Shown here in pieces: positions 46,859 through 56,571 of a stretch of DNA of 64,000 nucleotides. The first letter of the stretch is position 1, and every line of letters starts with the position of its first letter. The translations under genes and the position numbers were made by a program. The stretch comes from Candidatus Bathyarchaeota archaeon (GTDB lineage Archaea; Thermoproteota; Bathyarchaeia; 40CM-2-53-6): positions 6,548 through 70,547 of the forward strand of contig VBBP01000053.1 in assembly GCA_005884195.1 (NCBI GenBank), read 5' to 3'. A model generated the notes under the pieces. It searched no databases, was not told the origin of the DNA, and was given only the letters and a program-made list of their open reading frames with translations.

Positions 46859-48124
46859 TCATGTCCGGTTCTGGGGTGGTCGACGACTAGTGCTTAAGGT
46901 CGAGTGCCCGAGCCATTCTTTCAAGGTCTTGCGTTTTGTAACCATGACGATAGCGGCGAGGCCAACGGTGCCTGAGGCTATCAAATACCACGTGAACATT
47001 TGTGGATTTGAAGCTCGAACTGTAGGTTGCCAATCGATGCTTCTTAGGGAATAGTCGGATTTTCTGTCTTGCAGCAGAAGGGTCACATCTGAGCTGGTGA
47101 TTCGGGCGAGGGTCCAACCGCGTACACACCTGGGCTCAAGGCAACCATCCAATGCTGTACCAACCGCGTATGCCTCTTGGGTTCCCGGCATCCAGCTAGC
47201 TCCATAGAAATGCCCTATTCTGTGAAGGTCGACTTTGGTTCCATTCAGGTCCGTGTAGTACTGAATGCGTTTGTAGCTCAAACATATTGTGTTGGCATTG
47301 TTGAAAATATTGTAATCGCACCGGGACTGAGTAGCAATGACAGTCAGCCCAAGCTGGCCTGATAACAGCCCCATCCCATTGTCTTGATTAAAGGCAACGG
47401 CGCGAATCAGGTGCGGTGCGACCTCGAAGAGGACCGCGGTATTTTGTTCGGTGAACGAGCCTTGTTGGTACTTGAACAATTTTGCGTGGTCACCGCCTAC
47501 GAGTGCGTAAGAGCCGGAAGGGTTCCATCCTACACCGAAGAACGAGTAGTTGGTCGGGGAAGGGTCGACAATGTGGGTTGTGGTTCCGTTGAATTCCGCG
47601 ATGAGTCCGCTCTGGCCCACGACGAGGGCAATGTTCTGCGTGGGACTCCACCCTGAAGCGAAAATCGGCTTGGTTATTCCAGATCGGACAAGGGTGACTT
47701 TCTGTCCATCAAAAACAAGGAAGTTCCCCCCGGGGCCTGCGATTAATGCCGAAGAATCGTCAGGCTTCCACGTGATACTCTCAAGTGTGGCGTTGTGCAA
47801 TGGAATGGGGATGGTTTCCACCGAAACGGCACCGTTGGATAAGCTGATCTTCAGCAGGGTGCTGTTGTCACCGACCGCTAGTGCATAGGCCCCATCGCGT
47901 CTCCATCGTACCTGAGTGAGGTCAAACGATGTGTGGGTGGGGAACGGGAAGAGCTGATGTCCATCGAAGACGAAGAGGCGGCCGCCGTCACCAACGACCA
48001 ACGCGTAGGGTTTGGAAGAGTCGAAGGGCAGTTGGGAGCTGTTACCGGACACTTGTGCAACCTGCGGGAAGGGGAAGATCGCCAAAGCGAGCGTACAGTA
48101 AAGAACGACTAGGAGAGCACGCAT
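46859..48124 (-). CDS. Secreted, anchored beta-propeller protein
   Basis: Repeated W.P.G.YAL..G..G.l..f.G blades; signal peptide and C-terminal TM. Confidence 0.8.
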   Translation of the reverse strand: MRALLVVLYCTLALAIFPFPQVAQVSGNSSQLPFDSSKPYALVVGDGGRLFVFDGHQLFPFPTHTSFDLTQVRWRRDGAYALAVGDNSTLLKISLSNGAVSVETIPIPLHNATLESITWKPDDSSALIAGPGGNFLVFDGQKVTLVRSGITKPIFASGWSPTQNIALVVGQSGLIAEFNGTTTHIVDPSPTNYSFFGVGWNPSGSYALVGGDHAKLFKYQQGSFTEQNTAVLFEVAPHLIRAVAFNQDNGMGLLSGQLGLTVIATQSRCDYNIFNNANTICLSYKRIQYYTDLNGTKVDLHRIGHFYGASWMPGTQEAYAVGTALDGCLEPRCVRGWTLARITSSDVTLLLQDRKSDYSLRSIDWQPTVRASNPQMFTWYLIASGTVGLAAIVMVTKRKTLKEWLGHSTLSTSRRPPQNRT

Positions 48125-48371
48125 CAGGCTAACCCTTCAACGAATCGGAACTCTACATGCTCAGGTCCCTATGTTAGAAATAAGGCTAATGCTGACAACT
48201 CTTAACAAATCTTATCGACATCTAGTCTAAGAAATGACGTTAGGAAAGCAAAAGCAACCTTTCGATATCTCTGTTTTCCTGGCGCCACAAAGTGTTAGCT
48301 TCTAGGCTCTTATATATGGACCGGACAAATAGTCAGGTCGCTTCTCCTTCTGCTGGAAATAGAGGTGGTAA

Positions 48372-48654
48372 AGATACTGGAAACTGCAACTCAAGACCGA
48401 TGCCCAATACTTCGCTAGGTTCACGGCCCCAAACATGAACGGCGCCGAGTACGGTTTCGTGACGTACACGGTTTCAGCAAGCGGGATTACGGCTCAAACC
48501 AATTTTGACGGTTCTTTCAAAGACAGTTTCAAAGTCGGAGACGGTGGAATCTTTCGGACGGTATAACAATCTTATGATCACGAGGGCAATAGTTCTCGTT
48601 GTAACGGTGGGCACTCTCACGATTTTTCTCTCTACAAGAAGAAGGCGCGACTGA
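48372..48654 (+). pseudogene. Remnant of a C-terminally anchored surface protein
   Basis: Open frame ...YFARFTAPNMNGAEYGFVTYTVSASG...FKVGDG, then frameshifted AIVLVVTVGTLTIFLSTRRRRD*. Confidence 0.35.
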
Positions 48655-49074
48655 GTCTCCCCTACGCCCGTATCGCAGGAACCGGCATCCTACCTAGGTA
48701 ATCGTCTATGGTTCTCTCTCATTCGGCGCGACATTGAAAGTTAGGTTTGGGAATTAGACGAGCGGAGATGAGTGTGGATTCCACGAGTGCAATACCTGGA
48801 AATGAACCGAGCGGGCAGATACCCCCCACCCTATGCTCGGTAATTCAACAATCGGCAAGAGCGAACGGAAAAAGAAACCATTCCTCTCATGAATCAGGGC
48901 TGAGGTTTCGGGCCAGGATTATTCCCTTCCAGGGTGGAAGTTGGATTTGTTTCAAGAGTGAATCTTGTGATATCATTGGCAATAGAGAGAGTGCTTTGGG
49001 AGGGAAAAGCCCAATACCCCTTATACCCAGTCTAACCCTATCTGCTCAAAGGAAAAATGGAGGTGTAAGAATAA

Positions 49075-49539
49075 GTGAAGATAATTTTCGAACCGAAGGC
49101 CTACAAGATTGTGAAGGGAACGATTCTGCTTATTGCCGTAGTAATGGTAGCCTATGTCGCGTACGGCGCAGTCAACCTCTCAATCAGCAACAGCGGTAGC
49201 GTTGTGAATGTAACAACGAACCTTTTCGCAATCGTCGACGTGCCGCAGGGCACGGCTTGTTCCGCGACAACTGGGACTTACTTAGATACAGGTCTTTCAA
49301 TTTCTACCTGGTCGGTCCAGGTCGGACTGTCTCAAACAAAGTACGCTTGCATCGAAAACACCGGAACGAGCGCTCATACCCTTACGATTGCTCAGACGGG
49401 ATCACTTCCTGGCGGAGTGACTTTCTCCTCGCAAGGAGGATCGGTTAACCCCGCTGGATTTCTGTTGATTTCGTTTACTCTTACGGCAAGTACGGGAGCA
49501 ACGACGGGTCCGCTGAACTTCGGCATAACAGTATCCTAG
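49075..49539 (+). CDS. Small secreted Ig-like/beta-sandwich protein (possible fibre subunit)
   Basis: Signal peptide ending AYGA, then LSISNSGSVV; two Cys; IENTG; terminal FGITVS strand; no anchor. Confidence 0.75.
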   Translation: MKIIFEPKAYKIVKGTILLIAVVMVAYVAYGAVNLSISNSGSVVNVTTNLFAIVDVPQGTACSATTGTYLDTGLSISTWSVQVGLSQTKYACIENTGTSAHTLTIAQTGSLPGGVTFSSQGGSVNPAGFLLISFTLTASTGATTGPLNFGITVS

Positions 49540-49725
49540 CCTCCTGACGAGCCCGTGAGAATCGGGCGAAACCCGTTCTTTTTCTGGGTCGGGGTTGCCA
49601 TTGGCCGCAGGTGAATCGAGTCCCGGTCCTGAGCATACAGCTTTGATAAGTAGAACCCCTCTCCAAGACTCGAGACGCTACCCACTTACCGAGGATGCAT
49701 CCTCAGATCTCTTTGCATTAATTAT

Positions 49726-50838
49726 TTGTCCAGACGGGATGTAGAAAGAATGCGCCCGTCAATGTCATGTATGTTCCTTGTGACGATGGTCCTAGTTTCT
49801 ACAACTCTTGCGAGTTCGAGCCTGAGCGTAAACAATTCAGGAGTAGTTACGACCAGCTATGGTGGATTTGGACGATGGTTCGATTATGTAGTAGTGATCA
49901 TGTTGGAGAATCACAGCATTAACTACACTTATGGCGTGTCGGTTGCGCCGAATAGCTGGAACAGCATGAGTACCACATGCACAGGCAACTGCACTTATTT
50001 CGACTCCCTGGCCAATCAGAACGGTCTCGCGCTGAATTACACCAACTTGGGTGTAACCGATGGAAGCATCAGCGACTATACCGCGATGACCTCAGGCTAC
50101 GGAAGTCTCCCCTCCGCTTGTAACGATGGCCCCACTACTCCAGGCTGCACACCACCTGATATTCCAAACATAGCAGATCGGCTTGAAGGAAAGAACTTGT
50201 CCTGGAAGGCATACATGGAGGACTACCCCGTTTCTTCCGGATGTTACAACCAATTCGCAACCAACTACTTCCCGAACCACAATCCGTTCGTTTACTACCA
50301 AGATATAATCAATAACACGAGCCGATGCAATCGGATCGTGAACGCCAACTCACAAATCGTTTCTCAGGCCAATTGCTGGCCGACGAGCGTACAAAACGAC
50401 GATCTGTTCTTGGCAGACCTCACCCCAGCGAATGCACCGAACTACATGTTCCTGGCGCCCAACTCAATAGACGACATTCACAACTGCAACGACGTCTCAG
50501 TGGCGAATGCTTGGCTGCAACAGCTTGTGCCGAACATACTCAACAGCCCTCTGTTCCAGACTAGACGAGCTGCCCTATTCATCACATTCGACGAGGCCGG
50601 ATGCTCAGGAAAAAATCAAACACCGTGCCCTTCCGCAGGGCCTCAACTCTATACCGTATGGGCATCGAACTCAACAAATCCCGCGCCCCCCACTAAGATG
50701 GGGTTCAAGTCAACCCAAAGCTATACCCACTTTTCAGCTCTCAGAACTGTTGAGGACAACTGGGGGTTCCTCCCATTCATTGTATCCGCAGATGGAAGCG
50801 CGAACAACATGGAGGAATTCTTCCGCACATCGTCCTAA
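49726..50838 (+). CDS. Secreted phosphoesterase (acid phosphatase/PLC family), no TM anchor
   Basis: IMLENHS, WKAYMED, HNPF, DDIH, ITFDE, HFSALRTVE; paralogue of the 40382 gene. Confidence 0.88.
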   Translation: MSRRDVERMRPSMSCMFLVTMVLVSTTLASSSLSVNNSGVVTTSYGGFGRWFDYVVVIMLENHSINYTYGVSVAPNSWNSMSTTCTGNCTYFDSLANQNGLALNYTNLGVTDGSISDYTAMTSGYGSLPSACNDGPTTPGCTPPDIPNIADRLEGKNLSWKAYMEDYPVSSGCYNQFATNYFPNHNPFVYYQDIINNTSRCNRIVNANSQIVSQANCWPTSVQNDDLFLADLTPANAPNYMFLAPNSIDDIHNCNDVSVANAWLQQLVPNILNSPLFQTRRAALFITFDEAGCSGKNQTPCPSAGPQLYTVWASNSTNPAPPTKMGFKSTQSYTHFSALRTVEDNWGFLPFIVSADGSANNMEEFFRTSS

Positions 50839-50867
50839 GCATCCTCAAAGGGCAGGAGGCAACGAAA

Positions 50868-52307
50868 GTGACTACTATATATTTCTCAACCTTTGGAAAT
50901 AAGATGCAGCCCAACTGCATAAGCAACGTTTATGCCAGCAACCATTGGACTAATAGTCGATCCTTGAGGCTTAAGTCCCGGCTTCCCGTTGTCATCGCGT
51001 TGGCTCTGCTCGCATTTAGCATTCGTGCACCATTGCTGACGTCGGCCGGGAATATTCCAGAACAGAGGATTCCCAGAACTGTCCATTTTGTCTCGCCTAT
51101 GACACTTGGCTACGCCGGTATCGGACCGACCACCATAAGCCTAAGTTGGACCGAAAGCAGCGACGCTTCCTTCTTCGAATACGTTCTCCAAAAATACTCC
51201 ACTCTTCTAGGATGGGAAACAATCGCCAATCTTGTATCCAGAACTAATACGACCTTTTTCTCCGCGGGACAGGACGCAAACGCGAATCAGACGTGGCAGG
51301 TCCGATATCAGAACACAGGCGGATTTCAGTACTCAAACAATTTGACCTTAACCCAACCCCCTGCGGCTTCTCTCTCCTACTTGCAAACCACCTCCACAAC
51401 TGCTCAGCTCCAGTGGGACAACAAAGCGCAGTACGGCGGGCTTCTCTACTTTTCATCGTACCAACTCATGGAATCGATCAATGGGGAGACGAACTTCACT
51501 CGGATGAGTTACACTGACGTAAACTCCCTTTCTTACACGGTTGGTGCTCTTTCTCCCTCAACCAGCTATTCCTTCTATCTCAACACCACCGACCAGTGCA
51601 TCGGGAATGGTTGCCCTGCAAGTTCGTTCTCAAGCTCGCTTTCCAATACAGTGACGATAAGCACTCCCGGCCCTTTAGCCGCGTCCGCCCAGGCTAGTCC
51701 TGCTACCGCTGACGTGGGTGAGCCGGCCAATTTTGTCTGTACAGGTGCAGGAGGGGCTCCGCCTTACACATATTCCTGGACCTTCGGCGACGGAAACTCA
51801 GGGACGGGAGCCAGTCTGAGTCACACCTACAACGATCCCGGAACGATGAACGCCGTCTGCACCGTGACCGATAACTTTGGCACTATTGTCAATAGCAGAC
51901 CAATCACGTATGCGGTCTACATCGATCCTTCCATCTCGTCCTTCAAAGCAACGCCTGCCAGTCCCGACCTAGGACAAAGAATCACCTTTTTGGTTTCAGC
52001 AAGTGGAGGAAACAGATCCCTGACCTACGCATACACCAGCCTACCAACCGGTTGCTCTTCTATTGACTCCAGTTCCTTCTCATGCATTCCCACCTCGAGC
52101 GGAACTTACGATGTAACAGTGACTGTCACTGACCAGGGGCAAGAAACCGCCAATTCAACGCTTCGTCTATCGATAGCTCCTCCACGTGTCCTCGGCCTCC
52201 CTCAAGGCACGGGACTTGCGGTAATTTTCGGGGGAATACTGGGAACTTCTGCGGTGGCAATCCTCTCGGTGATATTACTCCTTCGCCGGAAAGGCAATGT
52301 GCTCTAA
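50868..52307 (+). CDS. FN3 + PKD domain surface protein
   Basis: LSPSTSYSF (FN3), GGAPPYTYSWTFGDG (PKD), C-terminal TM plus RRK; start uncertain. Confidence 0.82.
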   Translation: MTTIYFSTFGNKMQPNCISNVYASNHWTNSRSLRLKSRLPVVIALALLAFSIRAPLLTSAGNIPEQRIPRTVHFVSPMTLGYAGIGPTTISLSWTESSDASFFEYVLQKYSTLLGWETIANLVSRTNTTFFSAGQDANANQTWQVRYQNTGGFQYSNNLTLTQPPAASLSYLQTTSTTAQLQWDNKAQYGGLLYFSSYQLMESINGETNFTRMSYTDVNSLSYTVGALSPSTSYSFYLNTTDQCIGNGCPASSFSSSLSNTVTISTPGPLAASAQASPATADVGEPANFVCTGAGGAPPYTYSWTFGDGNSGTGASLSHTYNDPGTMNAVCTVTDNFGTIVNSRPITYAVYIDPSISSFKATPASPDLGQRITFLVSASGGNRSLTYAYTSLPTGCSSIDSSSFSCIPTSSGTYDVTVTVTDQGQETANSTLRLSIAPPRVLGLPQGTGLAVIFGGILGTSAVAILSVILLLRRKGNVL

Positions 52308-52800
52308 AGAACAGGGTGGAGGCACGGGTTGTATGGTAGAGATCCGCATGTCCGGGATAGATGAGGATCAGCGAAACCGGTCGATCTTCAGACGAGACGA
52401 TAGAGAAGCAAATTGTCCTCTATGCAAGATATCAGACGCTGAAGTTCTCGCAGAGTTCCCGCGTTGGAGGTTGGCGCGTACGAAGACGATGAAGGGCCAC
52501 AGGGAACGTTTGATGCTCTATCACAAGGAACACCTGAAAGCTCTTGATGAACAATCGATTGGTGAAGCCTACATTTTGCTATCGAAAATCGGGTCGAAAT
52601 TCTTCTCTTACGCGGACAAGTGGGCCATTTTCGATCCTGTTTACGCTACAGTCCCGGACCACTGGCACCGAGTCGCTTCCGACCTGGACAGAAATGCCTT
52701 GGACTACGAACAGATTCTTAAGACCCCGAGAATGATCATCGACAACAAAGAAGGAACAATTTCCAGAGCAAACCCCGATAAGGACTTCCCTAAAGAGTAA
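52297..52800 (+). CDS. HIT-like protein
   Basis: CPLC, KEH, TVPDHWH; start probably downstream (ATG 52333 or 52348). Confidence 0.55.
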   Translation: MCSKEQGGGTGCMVEIRMSGIDEDQRNRSIFRRDDREANCPLCKISDAEVLAEFPRWRLARTKTMKGHRERLMLYHKEHLKALDEQSIGEAYILLSKIGSKFFSYADKWAIFDPVYATVPDHWHRVASDLDRNALDYEQILKTPRMIIDNKEGTISRANPDKDFPKE

Positions 52801-53111
52801 CCACGGCGGAACTCTTCGTCATTGTCGGCGGTTTTTTCGTTGCATTCGGACCGTTCCAGAGAGGAGGTTGCCTGCATAGTAGTAGACTTGTGCGCGGTTG
52901 CATTCAGTTGGGGTCATGGTTAGAAATAGCTTCCATTCGCCTTGACGTGTATTGCAATCAATTGTCCCAACTTGACAGAATGAATTCCGGGATAGGGTGT
53001 AAGCACGAATCGCCATTTTGGTATCTTTTTGGTCGTGAATTGTTGCCTATGTCTAGCATCATTCCGTCTAGTTAAATAGCCCGAAGAAAAAACTCAAGGT
53101 CGAGGGGGATA

Positions 53112-56039
53112 GTGACAAGTAACTTTACGCGCGGAAAGCGTGGGGGATCCAAATATTCTCCTTGGGCGAAGACCGTCATTGTCCTAATTCTAGCCGTTTG
53201 CCTGCAACCTCAGTTCCCGGGGAACTTGGGACATGCAGCCACGGCCCCATCCTCAGGAAGTTTCATTTTCGCAGCTTCGGGAGATTTTGGATCTCTGACT
53301 TCAGGGGACAGCCTTAGCAACCTGAAGAGCTTGGGCTCGTCTGGGGCTGACTTTTTCTTGGGGCTAGGAGATATGAGCGTCAACAGTTCCCTCGGGGGGA
53401 ATATTTGGTGTTCACAGTTCAAGAGCGGATTCAACAATATCGAGCCAATTGCGGGCGACCGGGACACAGGCGGGCATAATGACACCATTTTCCAGGAGAC
53501 CAACGACTTTGACCAATACACGGCGGCTTGTCCCCATATCTTGAACAGTCCCATTACATGCGGGCTCGTCGCCGGCAACTGCTACGGGAAAGAGTACTAT
53601 TTTGACTATCCATACCCGAACTCGCTAGCTCGATTCATATTCGTATCCCCGAAAATCTACAATATCACGGGAGTTTGCACCGCACAGAAAGCAGGGACCC
53701 TATGTAGCTCCCAGACGGGCCAGCCGTGCTCTGACCAATACGGATGTTGGCAATACCATCCCAACGACATCCACTACAACTGGGCCGCACAAGCAATAGA
53801 CGACGCCCGGGCTGAGGGAATCCGGTGGATTGTCCTTGTCATGCACAAGAACTGCATCACCGCCGGCGTCAACACGTGCTCCATGGGAATCGACTTCTTC
53901 AACATGCTAATCGCTAAGAAAGTGGACCTGATCGTTCAAGCCCACGAGGAGTCCTACCAACGGAGCAAACAGGTGGCACTAAACACCAACACGTGCTCTA
54001 GCTTCTCTACAAACGGTGAAGGCTGGGTTCCCTATGATTCGAGTTGCATCGTCAACGACGGGTCAACGGGCAACTACGTGCCTGGAAAGGGGACCGTGGT
54101 AGTCATCCAGGGCGACTGGGGGAGAGGCTGGGACCCGGTGAACAGCACCTTGGTCAGCAATGGCCAGAACGCAGCCGAAGCGCCCTATTTTGCAACTCTC
54201 ATGGGGCAGAACACGGCGGGCAGGGGACATGGTTTTGTCAGCTACAAGGTGTCATCGGACAGAATTGATGTCCAGACTGAGTTCGCCGGGGCCTACCAAG
54301 ACAACTTCAGCATATCCAACTTCCCATACCGATCGCATCCCAGTATTTCTATCGCGAATAATGCGGAGTTCACATCAGCTAACGGAGTAACGCAGGGCGA
54401 CGGTAGCGCGATCAACCCTTACATGATCCGTGGATGGGAGGTCGAAAGCGGCACAACAGGCATCGATGTTAGGAACACGACTGTGTATTTTGTCATACGA
54501 GATGACTACGTTGTAAGATTGAACACCGGGATATCTTTTCTCAACGTCGTCCATGGAGCAATCGAGAACAGCACGCTTTCTTACGACTACAATGGGATCG
54601 TGGTATCAAATTCCAGTTTCAATCACATAGACAACAACACGGTTATTGGAGGCCAAGAAGGCATCATCTTCAAAAGCAACAGCAACTATGATGCGTGCAC
54701 TAATAACACGGTAACAGGATCATCGGTACAAGGGATCCTTGTCTCGCAAGAATCTGCAGATGTCACCGTGGCCGGCAATATTTTGACTTCTAGTTATAGG
54801 GCGCTCATTGTCGCGAACGCCACGGGTACATCCGTTACCCGCAACCACCTAGCTTCAAGCGTCTTGGGAATATACATGGAAAAGGCCGATAATACGACGA
54901 TATTCGAAAACACTCTCGCAAACAACCTGGACGGAATCGAGACAAACCAATCTCAACAGATCAGAGTGTTCCACAACAACTTCATCTCAAACACTCAATC
55001 CCCGCAGGTGCACGTCGACCTCTCCACCGCAACCACTCAGTGGGATGACGGTTTTCCTAGCGGGGGCAACTTCTGGTCTGACTATTCTGGGACAGACAAC
55101 TGTAGTGGATCCGACCAAAACAACTGCTCGGGACCAGACGGCATAGGAGACACGCCCTACCAGATCAATAACGTGGACCAGGACCATTATCCCATGATGA
55201 AACCCTACGGGCCTGAGCCGAGTTCTGCCCCAGTGTGGCCAAGTTCAAGTGTGCTAGTCGCTATCAACATCGATAGAGATAGCCTTACCTTGACTTGGAG
55301 CCCGGCAACAGACATCGACGGGGTCACTGGATACCGTGTGTACGAGTCCAACGTCCTCATCGCAAGCCTCTCTGGGGCCGTTCTACCAATGAACGGGCTC
55401 AGTTTGGGCGCAACGTACACTTTCAAGGTTGAAGCTGTAGACGCTTGGTCTAACGCTACAGTCAACGGCCCTCGATTAACGGTAAGAGTGCTTGCCCAGG
55501 GTGGGGTCCTTGGTATTGAATCCTTGAAGACAGGCACCGCCTACCAGGGAGGCCTAAGCCGCGTAGAAGCCAATCTTACTAATCTCGGTCAAGCAAATGC
55601 CCGAGTCACAGCGCTCACTGTATCAGGCAACATCGGAACATTCTCGATTTCAGGGGTCTACGCGAACATTCCTAGCGGTGCAAGCAGGACCTTTAACGTG
55701 AATGCAAATATTCCAGGAGACGCATCTCCAGGAAATCACTCTATCACAATGAGGGTTGATTGGCAGCGTTATGAGTCTAGTACAGGCAATTGGGTAGATG
55801 CCGCTCCCCTGTCAGTGTCCGGACTTTTAGTGGTGAAGAGTTCTGGCCTTCCACCGTCGCACGGTCCCTCTAACTCCCGCAATCAAGATGCGCTACACAG
55901 TCTAATGCTTCTCTTATCCAACCCATACAGGCTCGCCGGGCTTGGCGGATTCCTATCTATGTTATTAGCCGCCGCGATCCTTCGAAGGAGTCGCCGTAAG
56001 AATCAGTCCACAGAGACTGCGGAAGATAGTACTGAGTAA
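53112..56039 (+). CDS. Surface protein: metallophosphoesterase-like + NosD-like beta-helix + FN3 + Ig + TM
   Basis: GDFG, LGD.S, MHK; parallel beta-helix repeats; GGNFWSDY..DGIGDTPY..D.YP.M; FN3; C-terminal anchor. Confidence 0.82.
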   Translation: MTSNFTRGKRGGSKYSPWAKTVIVLILAVCLQPQFPGNLGHAATAPSSGSFIFAASGDFGSLTSGDSLSNLKSLGSSGADFFLGLGDMSVNSSLGGNIWCSQFKSGFNNIEPIAGDRDTGGHNDTIFQETNDFDQYTAACPHILNSPITCGLVAGNCYGKEYYFDYPYPNSLARFIFVSPKIYNITGVCTAQKAGTLCSSQTGQPCSDQYGCWQYHPNDIHYNWAAQAIDDARAEGIRWIVLVMHKNCITAGVNTCSMGIDFFNMLIAKKVDLIVQAHEESYQRSKQVALNTNTCSSFSTNGEGWVPYDSSCIVNDGSTGNYVPGKGTVVVIQGDWGRGWDPVNSTLVSNGQNAAEAPYFATLMGQNTAGRGHGFVSYKVSSDRIDVQTEFAGAYQDNFSISNFPYRSHPSISIANNAEFTSANGVTQGDGSAINPYMIRGWEVESGTTGIDVRNTTVYFVIRDDYVVRLNTGISFLNVVHGAIENSTLSYDYNGIVVSNSSFNHIDNNTVIGGQEGIIFKSNSNYDACTNNTVTGSSVQGILVSQESADVTVAGNILTSSYRALIVANATGTSVTRNHLASSVLGIYMEKADNTTIFENTLANNLDGIETNQSQQIRVFHNNFISNTQSPQVHVDLSTATTQWDDGFPSGGNFWSDYSGTDNCSGSDQNNCSGPDGIGDTPYQINNVDQDHYPMMKPYGPEPSSAPVWPSSSVLVAINIDRDSLTLTWSPATDIDGVTGYRVYESNVLIASLSGAVLPMNGLSLGATYTFKVEAVDAWSNATVNGPRLTVRVLAQGGVLGIESLKTGTAYQGGLSRVEANLTNLGQANARVTALTVSGNIGTFSISGVYANIPSGASRTFNVNANIPGDASPGNHSITMRVDWQRYESSTGNWVDAAPLSVSGLLVVKSSGLPPSHGPSNSRNQDALHSLMLLLSNPYRLAGLGGFLSMLLAAAILRRSRRKNQSTETAEDSTE

Positions 56040-56571
56040 GACTTCGACCCGGCAACTAGAGGACCGCTTGGCTTTCCACGATTCCCGTATGAACTTTTGT
56101 CCCCGAGGAAATGGTCCCACGGAGATAATGCCTGAGATGAAGCGGCCCGTCTCCCCGCAACAGTCTGTGGCTGTTAGATCTCCCCATCGTTAACGTGTGA
56201 GCCAATTCCCTGGCTCGGTCAAGTCTCTGACTTCCCTCACTATTCTTCGCGTGCAGTCTAGTCCTTGTGATGTATTCCCTGTGTGTTCACTATTTGGTCC
56301 TAATTTTGAATCGTGACGCGGGTTCGATTTGATAGAGACTTTGTACGACGTGAAGTCAGCTTCTATCGGATCCAATAATCTTCCGTGCTTCTTCAGAATC
56401 TTTCGTCGCGGGCTTGTTCGATCTCACACGTTCAGCTGTTACGATTATGTCGAATGAGACTTGAAACATCTCATCGTGCCTTCCAGAAGGTCATCGTCGA
56501 GATTCGACGCGTGACACGGGATTGTCCTAAAGGAATCCAGTACCTACCGGTAGTAACAGGGCGTTCGAGTT

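Noticed and set aside
56300-56340. tRNA-like GGTTCGAT T-loop
   Set aside because: No T-stem, acceptor stem or cloverleaf around it.
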